64,000 nucleotides of DNA from an uncultured cyanobacterium (GCA_963718615.1 OY970368.1:5536001-5600000), one strand, 5' to 3'. Positions 1 through 9,499 are shown, counted from the stretch's first letter. Made by a program: numbers and translations. The notes: generated from the letters alone by a model not told the origin.

Positions 1-486
1 CGTTAGCAGCATTTGAGTTCGGAGAGTCAGACCTAAAAACGTCAAGCAAACCAGTAAAATGACAATGCTAAAGATTAGATCTATTGGTCGAATCGATAGA
101 ATGTCACCAAATAATAATTGATTGAATCCTCCTTTATATTGACCCACAAAGCTAAGTGTAATCACAGCTAGAGCCAAGGATGACGAGTAAACAATATTGA
201 GCAGTGCATCTGTCCAAAGCTTGGTTTTTTCTAGCAAATAGGTGACACCAATGGCAAAGATAACGGAAAAAGGAATGAGAACTAAATTGGGGTTTAGTCC
301 TAGCAAAATTCCAAGGCTGATGCCCAGCAAGGCAGAATGTCCCAGGGCATCGCTAAAAAATGAAAGCTGCCGCAAAATTGTAAAACTGCCGAGCATACCG
401 CCTGTGGTGCCGAGCAAAAGACCGCCCAGCAGAGCACGCTGCATAAAAGGAAGCTGGAGTAATTCGGAAAAATGAGATCCATCCAT
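1..486 (-). CDS. Metal (Zn/Mn) ABC transporter permease, ZnuB/ABC-3 family; runs off the left edge of the window
   Basis: Not in the ORF track. Manual translation from ATG 486 gives MDGSHFSELLQLPFMQRALLGGLLLGTTGGMLGSFTILRQLSFFSDALGHSALLGISLG...LFGDIL, which has the ABC-3 'FMQRAL' and 'DALxH' motifs. Confidence 0.9.
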   Translation of the reverse strand, partial: MDGSHFSELLQLPFMQRALLGGLLLGTTGGMLGSFTILRQLSFFSDALGHSALLGISLGILLGLNPNLVLIPFSVIFAIGVTYLLEKTKLWTDALLNIVYSSSLALAVITLSFVGQYKGGFNQLLFGDILSIRPIDLIFSIVILLVCLTFLGLTLRTQMLLT

Positions 487-512
487 AGCCGTTCCCGTCC
501 TCACTCATCTGA

Positions 513-533
513 TGATAATGAAAATCATTATCA
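513..533. promoter_or_regulatory. Zur/Fur-type box (TGATAATGAAAATCATTATCA)
   Basis: Palindrome matching the 7-1-7 TGATAATnATTATCA consensus, ~27 bp upstream of the metal permease start. Confidence 0.8.
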
Positions 534-639
534 CTCATTTGTCAATGGAAATCACCTTAATTTCGCAATGGTATCGGGCAGGATGGCCTGTCGGCCTTCT
601 CCTATAATGGAGATTAAGCTTTGTATCACGATCCTGGCT

Positions 640-1356
640 ATGCGGCCCATTCAACCCTATCAACCGCTCCTGCTCCGCCTGCTCCATGGTGTGACGGCCC
701 TATGTTTAATGCTCTCAATTCTGACGGCCTTTTGGACTTACAACACCTACGATGGCCGCTGGGGTACGATTCCTTTGCCGCAGTTCAAGGAAATTGAGGG
801 CATTCATGGCACATTTGGTCTCTATACATTGCTGATATTTCCGGTATTTGTGCGCTACGCCTTTGGGCCAGGGCATCGTCGATTGGCGCAGGGAGATACC
901 CTACAAAAGCTGCAGCAGGTGGGTCAACCGATTTGGTGGTATACGTTGAATCGCTTGACAAATACACTGACGCTAGTTGCGTTATTGTTTGCCCTGTTTA
1001 GCGGCAAGATGATGGATGAAACTTGGTTGCCGAAGGGGGATCTAGAGCATTTTTGGTATTACGGTCATTTGATTTCTTGGGTTGTCATGGTAGGGGCGAT
1101 CGCCCTCCATCTATTGATCAATGCCAAGGTGGGAGGAGTCCCCCTTTTGCTGTCAATGTGGACAAAGAAATTCCGGGCCAAGGATAGCCCTCGGCAATGG
1201 CCAGAACAGGTGGGGGCTTGGTGGGTGGCAGTGCGATCGCGGCGGTGGTCAGAGCGTTTGTCGGTGTTCGGGAGATTGTCGGGGTTGGAGTGGGTGATGT
1301 GGCTCGGCTGGGGAGCGGCGTGGGGGATTTCGCTGGTGAAGGAGTCTTTGGGGTAA
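640..1356 (+). CDS. Cytochrome b/b6 (Ni-hydrogenase cytb-like) domain membrane protein
   Basis: YQPLLLRLLH...EGIH...WYYGH...ALH: four transmembrane His residues. Start reassigned to ATG 640 because the longer ORF overlaps the Zur box and the divergent gene. Confidence 0.75.
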   Translation: MRPIQPYQPLLLRLLHGVTALCLMLSILTAFWTYNTYDGRWGTIPLPQFKEIEGIHGTFGLYTLLIFPVFVRYAFGPGHRRLAQGDTLQKLQQVGQPIWWYTLNRLTNTLTLVALLFALFSGKMMDETWLPKGDLEHFWYYGHLISWVVMVGAIALHLLINAKVGGVPLLLSMWTKKFRAKDSPRQWPEQVGAWWVAVRSRRWSERLSVFGRLSGLEWVMWLGWGAAWGISLVKESLG

Positions 1357-1420
1357 GGGAGACGGATTAAGTTTTTAACCCAAGATGGGATAGATCAAAG
1401 CTTAAAAGTCCCGTTAGTCT

Positions 1421-1471
1421 TTAGGTCAAATAGGCTGTGTTGGGAATTAGCATGAACAGGGTGTATTCGTA
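1421..1471 (-). repeat. Direct repeat copy A (51 bp): duplicated 3' end of gene 8317-9129
   Basis: 47/51 identical to 8317-8367; encodes YEYTLFMLIPNTAYLT* on the minus strand. Confidence 0.9.
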
Positions 1472-2164
1472 GACTATTTTAAGCAGTTCTCTATCGACCA
1501 TGGCTTTGCTGATTCGATCTCTGAAAGCCCTTCGGCTCAATATGAGCAACTCCATTAGGACGATGCCTTCCCTTGTCTTTGAGACTAAATTTGATTAGAA
1601 GCGGAAGTGTTCAGACTAACGAGGATAATCGATGATTACCAGCAAGAAAATGTCAGCAACATAGACAGGGAATACGGAATCACGAAATCTCAACCGCACT
1701 CATACAATCAACTGATGCTTATATTTTTATATTGAATATCATTGGCTTTAGGTTAGGCCTTCTGCCTAAAACAGCAACGTAAGTATAAGGATTACATCTC
1801 CACATTGAGGTCTATGCAAGAGGTGTACTCATCCACGTATAACTCATAGACAAAGAAAATGTCAAAAGACAACAGGTCAAGAACTATCTATTCTTCAGGA
1901 GTCAACAAGGAATTCTTAAAAAAATCTAATAATCTTGGTAAATACGAAAAATCGTTGAATAGTTTACAGTTGTTGACTCTCGTATCGAGCTACACTTGGC
2001 TATGACTTGGGTGGTTTTGAGAGTTTGCTCGAAAAGTGATAAACACTCAATGTTATGACTGCTTGCAGTTAGTTCAAGATGAATACTTATGCTTTGTTAG
2101 CAGTACAAGCGTTATTGGCTATTGGCAATTCACTTGATTGCTCAAAGCTAAAAAGGAGGTTGCA

Positions 2165-2299
2165 GTGCGATTAGAGGATATTTCAATTGATCAGGTTCTG
2201 GTTATTTCGACATTAACGCTTTTGATCCTAATCATATTTTCAGAGCTTATTTCTATGATCGAATTTTGTACTGATAGTCAGTTGATCTGTGGATTGTGA
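2165..2299 (+). CDS. Putative 44-aa single-pass membrane protein
   Basis: AAGGAGG Shine-Dalgarno just before GTG 2165; MRLEDISIDQVLVISTLTLLILIIFSELISMIEFCTDSQLICGL; co-oriented, 59 bp upstream of the DUF2231 gene. Confidence 0.45.
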   Translation: MRLEDISIDQVLVISTLTLLILIIFSELISMIEFCTDSQLICGL

Positions 2300-2358
2300 T
2301 GATGGCTGTTGAACAACATTAAATTAGTAGGATAGTTCATTTCATTTGTTGCAGCCCT

Positions 2359-2859
2359 ATGTTCAACTCTTTGCCCACACTCAATGATCACAATTTACCT
2401 TATCCTGATACAATCCATCCCATCGTCGTGCATTTTGTGATCGCGATGGTTCTCTTCTCTACTCTGTGTGATGGAATTGGATATTTTACGCGTAATCCCC
2501 GACTTTATGAAGTCAGTTGGTGGAATCTATTCTTGGCAACTATTTCAATTTTTATCGCCATCATTTTTGGTCAAATTGAAGCAGGTCTAGCCGAACCCTA
2601 CACAGCGGCAGCGGCAACATTAAATCTACATACTCTTCTGGGCTGGTCTTTATCGGGGATCATTGCGGCGGTGACAGCTTGGCGATATGTCTTGCGATCG
2701 CGTGACCCCAAGACTCTACCTCTGCCCTTTTGGGGAATTGCCCTACTGCTTACAGGCCTAGTCGTTGTTCAAGTGTATTTAGGAGATGTGCTGGTCTGGG
2801 TCTACGGATTACACAGCGTTCCCGTGGTCGAAGCAATGCGGGAAGGAGTATTACAATGA
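2359..2859 (+). CDS. DUF2231-family membrane protein
   Basis: IHPIVVHF motif and 4 TM segments; typical neighbour of cyanobacterial ARTO clusters. Confidence 0.8.
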   Translation: MFNSLPTLNDHNLPYPDTIHPIVVHFVIAMVLFSTLCDGIGYFTRNPRLYEVSWWNLFLATISIFIAIIFGQIEAGLAEPYTAAAATLNLHTLLGWSLSGIIAAVTAWRYVLRSRDPKTLPLPFWGIALLLTGLVVVQVYLGDVLVWVYGLHSVPVVEAMREGVLQ

Positions 2860-3464
2860 ATTCAGATTTACTCCATCAGCTCCAAGCACAACTTGGTGAT
2901 AACGGTTTACCCTATGCCCTGCCAATACATCCTAACTTAGTCCATTTGACCTTGGGCTTATTTATTGTGGCGATCGCCTTCGATATCGTTGGTGTTCTCT
3001 TTCCCCTAGAAAAGCCGATCTTCAAATTTTTAGCGATCCCCGCAACCCGATCTAATTTTTTCGATGTGGGCTGGTATAACATGCTCGCAGCGGCCATCAT
3101 CACTTTTTTTACAGTTGCCGCAGGCTTTTACGAAATTATGCTCGCAGACCCCTCAACCGAGGTCGTCAGTGCTTGGGGTTTACGAGCGATGGAAACCATG
3201 CTTTGGCATGGCGTTGGTGGGGTATTGCTGTTGTTACTGATTGTAGCAATGACGGTCTGGCGAGGATTTCAGCGTTTCATTTGGCGTAAGGACAACGCTA
3301 GGCAGGTCCAGTGGAGCTATCTTTTGGCAGGTTTAGGAATTTTTGCCTTGATGTTTGTTCATGGCACTTTGGGGGCTCAACTCGCAGCAGAGTTTGGGGT
3401 ACATATTAGTGCCGATCGCTTACTGCGCCTAGGTGAGAATCCAAATCTGCGCTTAGGGAGCTAG
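2856..3464 (+). CDS. DUF2231-family membrane protein (second paralog)
   Basis: IHPNLVHL motif; ATGA overlap with the upstream stop at 2856-2859. Confidence 0.8.
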   Translation: MNSDLLHQLQAQLGDNGLPYALPIHPNLVHLTLGLFIVAIAFDIVGVLFPLEKPIFKFLAIPATRSNFFDVGWYNMLAAAIITFFTVAAGFYEIMLADPSTEVVSAWGLRAMETMLWHGVGGVLLLLLIVAMTVWRGFQRFIWRKDNARQVQWSYLLAGLGIFALMFVHGTLGAQLAAEFGVHISADRLLRLGENPNLRLGS

Positions 3465-3468
3465 AGCC

Positions 3469-4428
3469 ATGAATATTCGCACAGGGTTAACTTTAGGGAT
3501 AATTGCCATTGCTCTCACTCTTGTGAGCCTATGGATGGGGCAGCAGGCCTATACTTGGTTGCCGCCCCAAGCGTCAGCAGAGTCCCAGTTAGTAGATCGG
3601 CTCTTTAGTTTTTTAGTCACCCTAGGCACATTTATTTTCCTAGGCGTCGTTGGAACCTTGACCTACGCGGTCCTTTTTCAGCGTGTGGGAAAATACGACA
3701 TGAACGATGGTCCACCTGTTGAAGGCAATGTCCCCCTAGAAGTCGTCTGGACAGCGATTCCCTTTGTCCTGGTGATTTGGATTGCCTTTTATAGCTACCA
3801 AACCTACGACCAAATGTCGATTTTAGGACCCATGGAACATGCTCATGCCCATCAATCGGTTGGTTCTTTCAAAAAAGGCTTGCTCAGAAATGCAATCAAC
3901 GTGGCGGCAATAGCAGAGAGCAATGGTTTAGACATACCAATCGATATGAAACCTATCAATTCCATTACAACCATTGAAGTTTACGCCCGTCAATGGGTTT
4001 GGGAGTTTCGCTATCCTGAGCAGCAAGTGATCAGTACCGAGCTGCACGTGCCCAATAATCAGCGGATAAAACTTATCTTGCACTCTGAAGATGTGTTGCA
4101 TGGTTTTTTTGTACCTGCCTTCCGGATTAAGCAAGATATCATCCCTGGACGGATCATTGATTTTGAGTTTACGCCGATTCGAGAAGGCCGGTATCGACTG
4201 CGGGATTCTGAATATAGTGGTACTTATTTTGCTGCGATGCAAACCGATGTGTTGGTGGAATCCCCCAACGCTTATCAAAAATGGCTAAGTGCAGCAGCAG
4301 CCCATCCCCCGGTTGTTGCAAGAAATCTAGCCTTTGATGAGTATCAGCAGGCGCAACAGTCTGGGAAACCAGGATGGAAAACAGTTGTTCCTGCCTCACC
4401 ACCTCTTGTTAATGCTCCTAGCCCTTAA
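3469..4428 (+). CDS. ctaC: Heme-copper oxidase subunit II, ARTO (CtaCII) type lacking CuA ligands
   Basis: LEVVWTAIP, QWVWEFRY and DVLHGF motifs; the CuA CxExCxxxH motif is replaced by DSEYSGTYF. Confidence 0.9.
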   Translation: MNIRTGLTLGIIAIALTLVSLWMGQQAYTWLPPQASAESQLVDRLFSFLVTLGTFIFLGVVGTLTYAVLFQRVGKYDMNDGPPVEGNVPLEVVWTAIPFVLVIWIAFYSYQTYDQMSILGPMEHAHAHQSVGSFKKGLLRNAINVAAIAESNGLDIPIDMKPINSITTIEVYARQWVWEFRYPEQQVISTELHVPNNQRIKLILHSEDVLHGFFVPAFRIKQDIIPGRIIDFEFTPIREGRYRLRDSEYSGTYFAAMQTDVLVESPNAYQKWLSAAAAHPPVVARNLAFDEYQQAQQSGKPGWKTVVPASPPLVNAPSP

Positions 4429-4464
4429 GGTAGCGATATTCTCTCGTGATTCTGCAAGTAACCC

Positions 4465-6138
4465 ATGACAAGTTTTCCCACTGAAACGATCGCTCCTCTT
4501 GAGCCTCCCTCGCCCAGTCCCCAAAATGACTGGCAACGCTTTTTTAGTTTTAGTACCGACCATAAAGTTATCGGCATTCAATATCTAGTCACCTCGTTCT
4601 TTTTCTTTTTGGTTGGTGGTGTTTTTGCCATGATCATTCGTGGTGAACTCATAACACCAGAAGCAGATTTACTTGATCGTGCGGTTTATAATGCAATGTT
4701 TACTATGCATGGCACAGTCATGCTTTTTCTCTGGACTTTCCCTTCCCTCTTGGGTCTCTCAAACTATCTTGTACCTTTGATGATTGGGGCTAGGGATATG
4801 GCTTTTCCCCGGCTCAATGCCGCTGCATTTTGGATGGTTCCTGTGTTTGGAATTATCCTCATGACCAGCTTTCTAGTGCCAGGAGGACCATCTCAATCCG
4901 GTTGGTGGGCCTATCCACCGGTTAGCCTTCAAAATCCCACAGGTCATTTAATTAACGGACAAGTACTTTGGATTTTAGCAGTGGCTATTTCTGGCGTTTC
5001 GTCAATTATGGGAGCCGTCAATTTTGTCACAACAATTTTCAAAATGCGTGCACCTGGAATGACTTGGTTTCGGATGCCGGTCTTTGTTTGGACCGTCCTA
5101 GCTGCTCAGATTATTCAACTCTTTGGCCTACCAGCGTTAACCGCAGGAGCCGTCATGTTACTTCTAGATTTAACGGTTGGAACCAGCTTTTTTGACCCAG
5201 CCAAGGGAGGTGATCCAGTACTGTATCAGCATTTTTTCTGGTTCTATTCCCATCCAGCTGTGTATGTGATTATCTTACCTATTTTCGGCATTTTTTCAGA
5301 GATTTTCCCTGTTTATGCACGTAAGCCTCTCTTTGGTTATAAAGTCGTTGCAATTTCTTCTTTGATTATTACTGGATTAAGTGGCATTGTCTGGGTTCAT
5401 CATATGTTTGCAAGTGGAACTCCAGGCTGGATGCGGATGCTGTTTATGGCGACAACCATGTTAATTTCAGTGCCAACGGGTATCAAAGTCTTCGCTTGGG
5501 TTGCAACGATTTGGGGGGGAAAGTTATGCCTGAATACAGCCATGCTTTTCGCCTTAGGAGGCTTGGTCATGTTTGTATTCGCCGGAATTACAGGGATCAT
5601 GTTGGCTTCGGTACCTATTGATATTCATGTGAATAACACCTATTTTGTTGTTGGACATTTTCATTATGTGATCTATGGAGCTGTGGTTATGGGGATGTAT
5701 GCAGCCTTTTATCACTGGTTCCCTAAAATGACAGGCCGTATGTATTCAGAAGGTCTTGGTAAAATACATTTTTTCCTCACCTTTCTCGGTACAAATCTCA
5801 ACTTTTTTCCCATGCATCCGTTAGGTCTTCAGGGAATGCCTCGTCGCGTTGCTTCCTATGATCCAGAATTTGCCTTTTGGAATGTGATTGCTAGTATTGG
5901 GGCATTTCTATTGGGGATGTCTACATTGCCATTCATCCTAAATATGGTTGGGTCATGGATTCAAGGGGAAAAAGCCCCAAAAAATCCCTGGAGAGCCATC
6001 GGTCTCGAATGGTTGCTATCCTCTCCTCCCACCGTTGAAAACTTTGAAGAACTCCCGATTGTCCTTGCTGAACCCTATGGCTACGGTAAAGCTGAGCCTT
6101 TGGTTGCAAACCCTGATGCGTTGGAGGTCCACCCATGA
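4465..6138 (+). CDS. ctaD: Heme-copper oxidase subunit I
   Basis: TDHKVIG, HGTVM, WFYSHPAVY, VWVHH, HFHY and GMPRR motifs. Confidence 0.97.
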   Translation: MTSFPTETIAPLEPPSPSPQNDWQRFFSFSTDHKVIGIQYLVTSFFFFLVGGVFAMIIRGELITPEADLLDRAVYNAMFTMHGTVMLFLWTFPSLLGLSNYLVPLMIGARDMAFPRLNAAAFWMVPVFGIILMTSFLVPGGPSQSGWWAYPPVSLQNPTGHLINGQVLWILAVAISGVSSIMGAVNFVTTIFKMRAPGMTWFRMPVFVWTVLAAQIIQLFGLPALTAGAVMLLLDLTVGTSFFDPAKGGDPVLYQHFFWFYSHPAVYVIILPIFGIFSEIFPVYARKPLFGYKVVAISSLIITGLSGIVWVHHMFASGTPGWMRMLFMATTMLISVPTGIKVFAWVATIWGGKLCLNTAMLFALGGLVMFVFAGITGIMLASVPIDIHVNNTYFVVGHFHYVIYGAVVMGMYAAFYHWFPKMTGRMYSEGLGKIHFFLTFLGTNLNFFPMHPLGLQGMPRRVASYDPEFAFWNVIASIGAFLLGMSTLPFILNMVGSWIQGEKAPKNPWRAIGLEWLLSSPPTVENFEELPIVLAEPYGYGKAEPLVANPDALEVHP

Positions 6139-6782
6139 GTTCCTCTAAACCTATATTCTCGAACCCCGAATTATTGTCTGAAGCGCTCGCGGATGATACA
6201 GCAGTCAAGCAGAGTGAACTTGCACATCATCATCATCATGAAGCTGGCAATAGCATGTTTGGCTTTTTGGTCTTTCTGCTTTCTGAAAGTGTTATCTTCT
6301 TCAGTTTTTTTGCTGCTTATATTGTCTATAAAACTACGGCGATTGATTGGTTACCTTTAGGAGTAGAAGGACTAGAAATTCGAGACCCTACGATTAACAC
6401 AGTTATCCTAGTCTCCAGTAGTTTTGTTATCTATATTGCGGAACGTTTTCTGCACGCCCACAAGCTCTGGGGCTTTCGTCTCTTTTGGTTACTCACTATT
6501 CTCATGGGAAGTTACTTCCTTTATGGCCAAGCCGTAGAATGGCAGAGTTTGTCCTTTGGATTTACTGATGGACTGTTTGGAGGCACGTTCTATTTACTCA
6601 CGGGGTTTCATGGTCTTCATGTGCTGACAGGCGTTTTATTACAACTGATCATGCTGGTGAGATCGTTTATTCCTGGCAATTACGATGGAGGTGAGTTTGG
6701 GGTTGCTGCTACTTCTCTATTTTGGCATTTTGTCGATGTGATTTGGATTATTTTGTTTGGTCTCATTTATGTCTGGCAGTGA
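6135..6782 (+). CDS. ctaE: Heme-copper oxidase subunit III
   Basis: FLLSE, TGFHGLHV and FWHFVDVIW motifs. Confidence 0.95.
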   Translation: MSSSKPIFSNPELLSEALADDTAVKQSELAHHHHHEAGNSMFGFLVFLLSESVIFFSFFAAYIVYKTTAIDWLPLGVEGLEIRDPTINTVILVSSSFVIYIAERFLHAHKLWGFRLFWLLTILMGSYFLYGQAVEWQSLSFGFTDGLFGGTFYLLTGFHGLHVLTGVLLQLIMLVRSFIPGNYDGGEFGVAATSLFWHFVDVIWIILFGLIYVWQ

Positions 6783-6791
6783 GGTGACGTT

Positions 6792-8303
6792 ATGATTATT
6801 GATGATCAACTTTACGATGTAATTATTATCGGTACAGGAGCAGGAGGGGGGACTCTATCCCAAAAGCTAGCACCAACAGGTAAGCGGATTTTGATTTTAG
6901 AGCGGGGAGAGTTTATGCCCCTAGAAGAACAAAATCGGAGCAATGTAGATGTGTTTAAGCGCGATCGCTACCACGCCCCTGAGCAATGGTATGACAGTGC
7001 TGGTGAACCCTTTTCACCTCAAACGAACTATGCGATTGGGGGCAACACCAAAATCTATGGTTCAGCTTTACTACGCTTTCGAGAGCGGGACTTTGAAGCG
7101 ATCCAACATCAAGGAGGAATTTCTCCGGCCTGGTGTCTAAGCTATAGTGACTTTGAGCCCTATTATACTGAAGCAGAAACACTCTACAAAGTTCATGGTC
7201 AAACCAAATTAGATCCTACGGATCCCTATCGGAGCAAAGATTACCCCTTTCCTGCGGTGGAGCAGGATCCGCAAATTGAGGAGATTGTTGGGGCACTTGC
7301 CGATCATGGTCTTCATCCCTCGCCTCTGCCCTTAGGATTAACTCGCCAAGAGGAAGACCCGACTAATGATTCCGAAGTAAGTGGTATTGTTCCCGCTTCA
7401 AAGTATCCAAATGTAACCATCATAACGGCTGCTAAAGTCGTTTGTTTACATACTGACTCATCGGGTCGAGTAGTGAAAGGAGTCGAAGCTAATGTTAGGG
7501 GACAGTCCCATCTATTTTTAGCTCATATCGTTGTATTGGCTTGTGGCGCGGTTAACTCAGCTGCTTTATTATTGCATTCAGTTAGCGATCTTCATCCCCA
7601 GGGCTTGGCGAACCGTTCCGGTTTGGTTGGGCGTAATTTAATGAAAAGCCTAATGACGGTCATCGTCCAATTCAACACTAAGCCTAATTCTGGGGCTTTC
7701 CCAAAAACAGTTTGTATCAATGATTTTTACTGGGGTGATACTGACTTTCCTTTCCCTATGGGTCATATTTATAATTCTGGAGGGCTACTAACGGATGTAA
7801 TTTTTGCAGAAGCACCGCCGTTACTCTCGGTTCTCGCAAAGTTTATGCCTGGTTTTGGTTTGAAGCAATTGGCAACCCGGTCAATTGGTTGGTGGGCACA
7901 AACAGAGGACCTGCCAAATCCAGACAACCGTGTGCAGATCCGGGAAGGGAAGTTATATGTGGAGTATCAAGCGAATAATACCGAAGCCCATGAGCGTCTT
8001 ATTTATCGCTGGATCGACACACTGAAAGCAATTGAGAAAAATCTAGATGGATTTCAACAAAATGCCCTTCACCCCCGAGGAGAAGTGCCCATTCAGGTGA
8101 TGGCTAATCAGTGTGGAACCTGTCGTTTTGGAGAAGATCCAACCACATCTGTTTTAGATCCTAACTGCCGGACCCACGATGTAGAAAATTTGTACGTGGT
8201 TGACGGCAGTTTCTTCCCATCTAATGCTGCTGTGAGCCCAGCCCTAACCATCATGGCAAATGCTCTACGGGTAGGGCAGCATCTGATTGGTCAGCTTTGC
8301 TAA
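6792..8303 (+). CDS. GMC-family FAD oxidoreductase
   Basis: GTGAGG Rossmann motif, GGNTKIYG, CGTCRFG, NLYVVDGSFFP, NALRVG. Confidence 0.9.
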   Translation: MIIDDQLYDVIIIGTGAGGGTLSQKLAPTGKRILILERGEFMPLEEQNRSNVDVFKRDRYHAPEQWYDSAGEPFSPQTNYAIGGNTKIYGSALLRFRERDFEAIQHQGGISPAWCLSYSDFEPYYTEAETLYKVHGQTKLDPTDPYRSKDYPFPAVEQDPQIEEIVGALADHGLHPSPLPLGLTRQEEDPTNDSEVSGIVPASKYPNVTIITAAKVVCLHTDSSGRVVKGVEANVRGQSHLFLAHIVVLACGAVNSAALLLHSVSDLHPQGLANRSGLVGRNLMKSLMTVIVQFNTKPNSGAFPKTVCINDFYWGDTDFPFPMGHIYNSGGLLTDVIFAEAPPLLSVLAKFMPGFGLKQLATRSIGWWAQTEDLPNPDNRVQIREGKLYVEYQANNTEAHERLIYRWIDTLKAIEKNLDGFQQNALHPRGEVPIQVMANQCGTCRFGEDPTTSVLDPNCRTHDVENLYVVDGSFFPSNAAVSPALTIMANALRVGQHLIGQLC

Positions 8304-8316
8304 GTTAATCAATCTT

Positions 8317-8367
8317 TTAAGTCAAGTAGGCTGTATTGGGAATTAGCATGAACAGGGTGTATTCATA
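8317..8367 (-). repeat. Direct repeat copy B (current 3' end of gene 8317-9129)
   Basis: Matches 1421-1471 with 4 synonymous differences. Confidence 0.9.
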
Positions 8368-9129
8368 CCAAGCAGTCCAGAGGAAGCTTCGCAGCCAGCG
8401 ATGCCGTTTGTCGGGGGCGATCGCATAATCAAAGGCCCCTGTACTTCGGTCAATAGTCGCCAAATGAGAATTACAAGCACAGCCATGTTGATAGGTAAAT
8501 CCCTGTTGGGAAGCGATGCTTTGCACTTTCATCTGGATGGCAAAGACTTTGCAGGCATGAAGGATAGCATCCCAGGAGCGCTTATGGTCTTGATCGCGGG
8601 GATCGTAGCGAAGGGCGCGTTCTTCAAAGATATGATCGCGATTGAGAGGGGCCAAATGTACCTCATAAAAGCTGGCGGGAAGGTCGTAGCCAAATTCGGC
8701 GAACAGCTCAAGGGAAATTTGGGCAACCTTGGCGGCATTACTTTCAGGCCCGTATTGGGTTTGGGCTTGAGTGAGAATTTCCTGGAAATTGGGGTACCGT
8801 TCGATCAGAAAGTCTTCACCATAAAAGGCTAGGGTTTCCCAGGCCAATGGCCCCAGGAGTTGTCCAAACATTGACTGGTAGCGCTTGAGGTGTGGACGCT
8901 CTTGGAAGAGATCAACGTCTCCGTTCTCGAATTTATAGAGAAAGAGCTGGGCCAGATGTACATAGGCTTGGCGGTTGCTTGACGAACTTCCGCAGGCGTC
9001 ATCTATACCTATTGGAGCTTGACCCTGGGCAATGGCCTGCCAAATGGGAGGAAGTTGCGTGAGAGGAGTCGCGTTCTCACCGGAGATCAGGCAGGGGGCT
9101 GTGAGGCTTGGGGCGAGATTAAGATGCAT
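8317..9129 (-). CDS. Hypothetical protein with HGCACNSH putative metal-binding motif
   Basis: ~270-aa ORF with ATG 9129. The synonymous-only divergence of its duplicated 3' end indicates it is coding. Confidence 0.7.
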   Translation of the reverse strand: MHLNLAPSLTAPCLISGENATPLTQLPPIWQAIAQGQAPIGIDDACGSSSSNRQAYVHLAQLFLYKFENGDVDLFQERPHLKRYQSMFGQLLGPLAWETLAFYGEDFLIERYPNFQEILTQAQTQYGPESNAAKVAQISLELFAEFGYDLPASFYEVHLAPLNRDHIFEERALRYDPRDQDHKRSWDAILHACKVFAIQMKVQSIASQQGFTYQHGCACNSHLATIDRSTGAFDYAIAPDKRHRWLRSFLWTAWYEYTLFMLIPNTAYLT

Positions 9130-9499
9130 AGCTAGAGAACCTTTCAAATCCGAATCAATAAGAAATCTTAGGAGCGATCGCTCCTAAGCTATTGTCACTG
9201 TAGAATAATTTCACATCCTAGACCCATCTCTAGATAAATATTTTAATAATGAGTTGTATATTCGTGGCCTTATAAGATTAGAGTTTGATTATATAAATTT
9301 GATCGTGTAAAAAAGAGAGCAACTTGATCTGGCAACGTTTAATTCTAGTCCTCTCAAGCTTTGTGAATTGCCTTGGGTAGGCAAAGCAACGTTTTCCCCT
9401 AACACTTCTATCTAACACTTCTAGGGGAATACAGAGATACGGGAAATACAGAGATACAATAATCGCGTATTCAAAGTAGAACCATGGGAGGCTATCCGT

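Larger units (their letters stand above)
1472..8367. mobile_element. Putative genomic islet carrying the ARTO oxidase cluster
   Basis: Bounded by the 51-bp direct repeat, visibly AT-richer and HIP1-poor; no integrase seen. Confidence 0.6.

Noticed and set aside
472-639. N-terminal extension of the cytochrome b ORF
   Set aside because: Overlaps the divergent permease start and the Zur box; ATG 640 is more plausible.
1421-1555. 44-codon minus-strand ORF ending in the duplicated peptide (MELLILSRR...YEYTLFMLIPNTAYLT)
   Set aside because: Most simply a chance in-frame fusion at the islet junction; no independent support.
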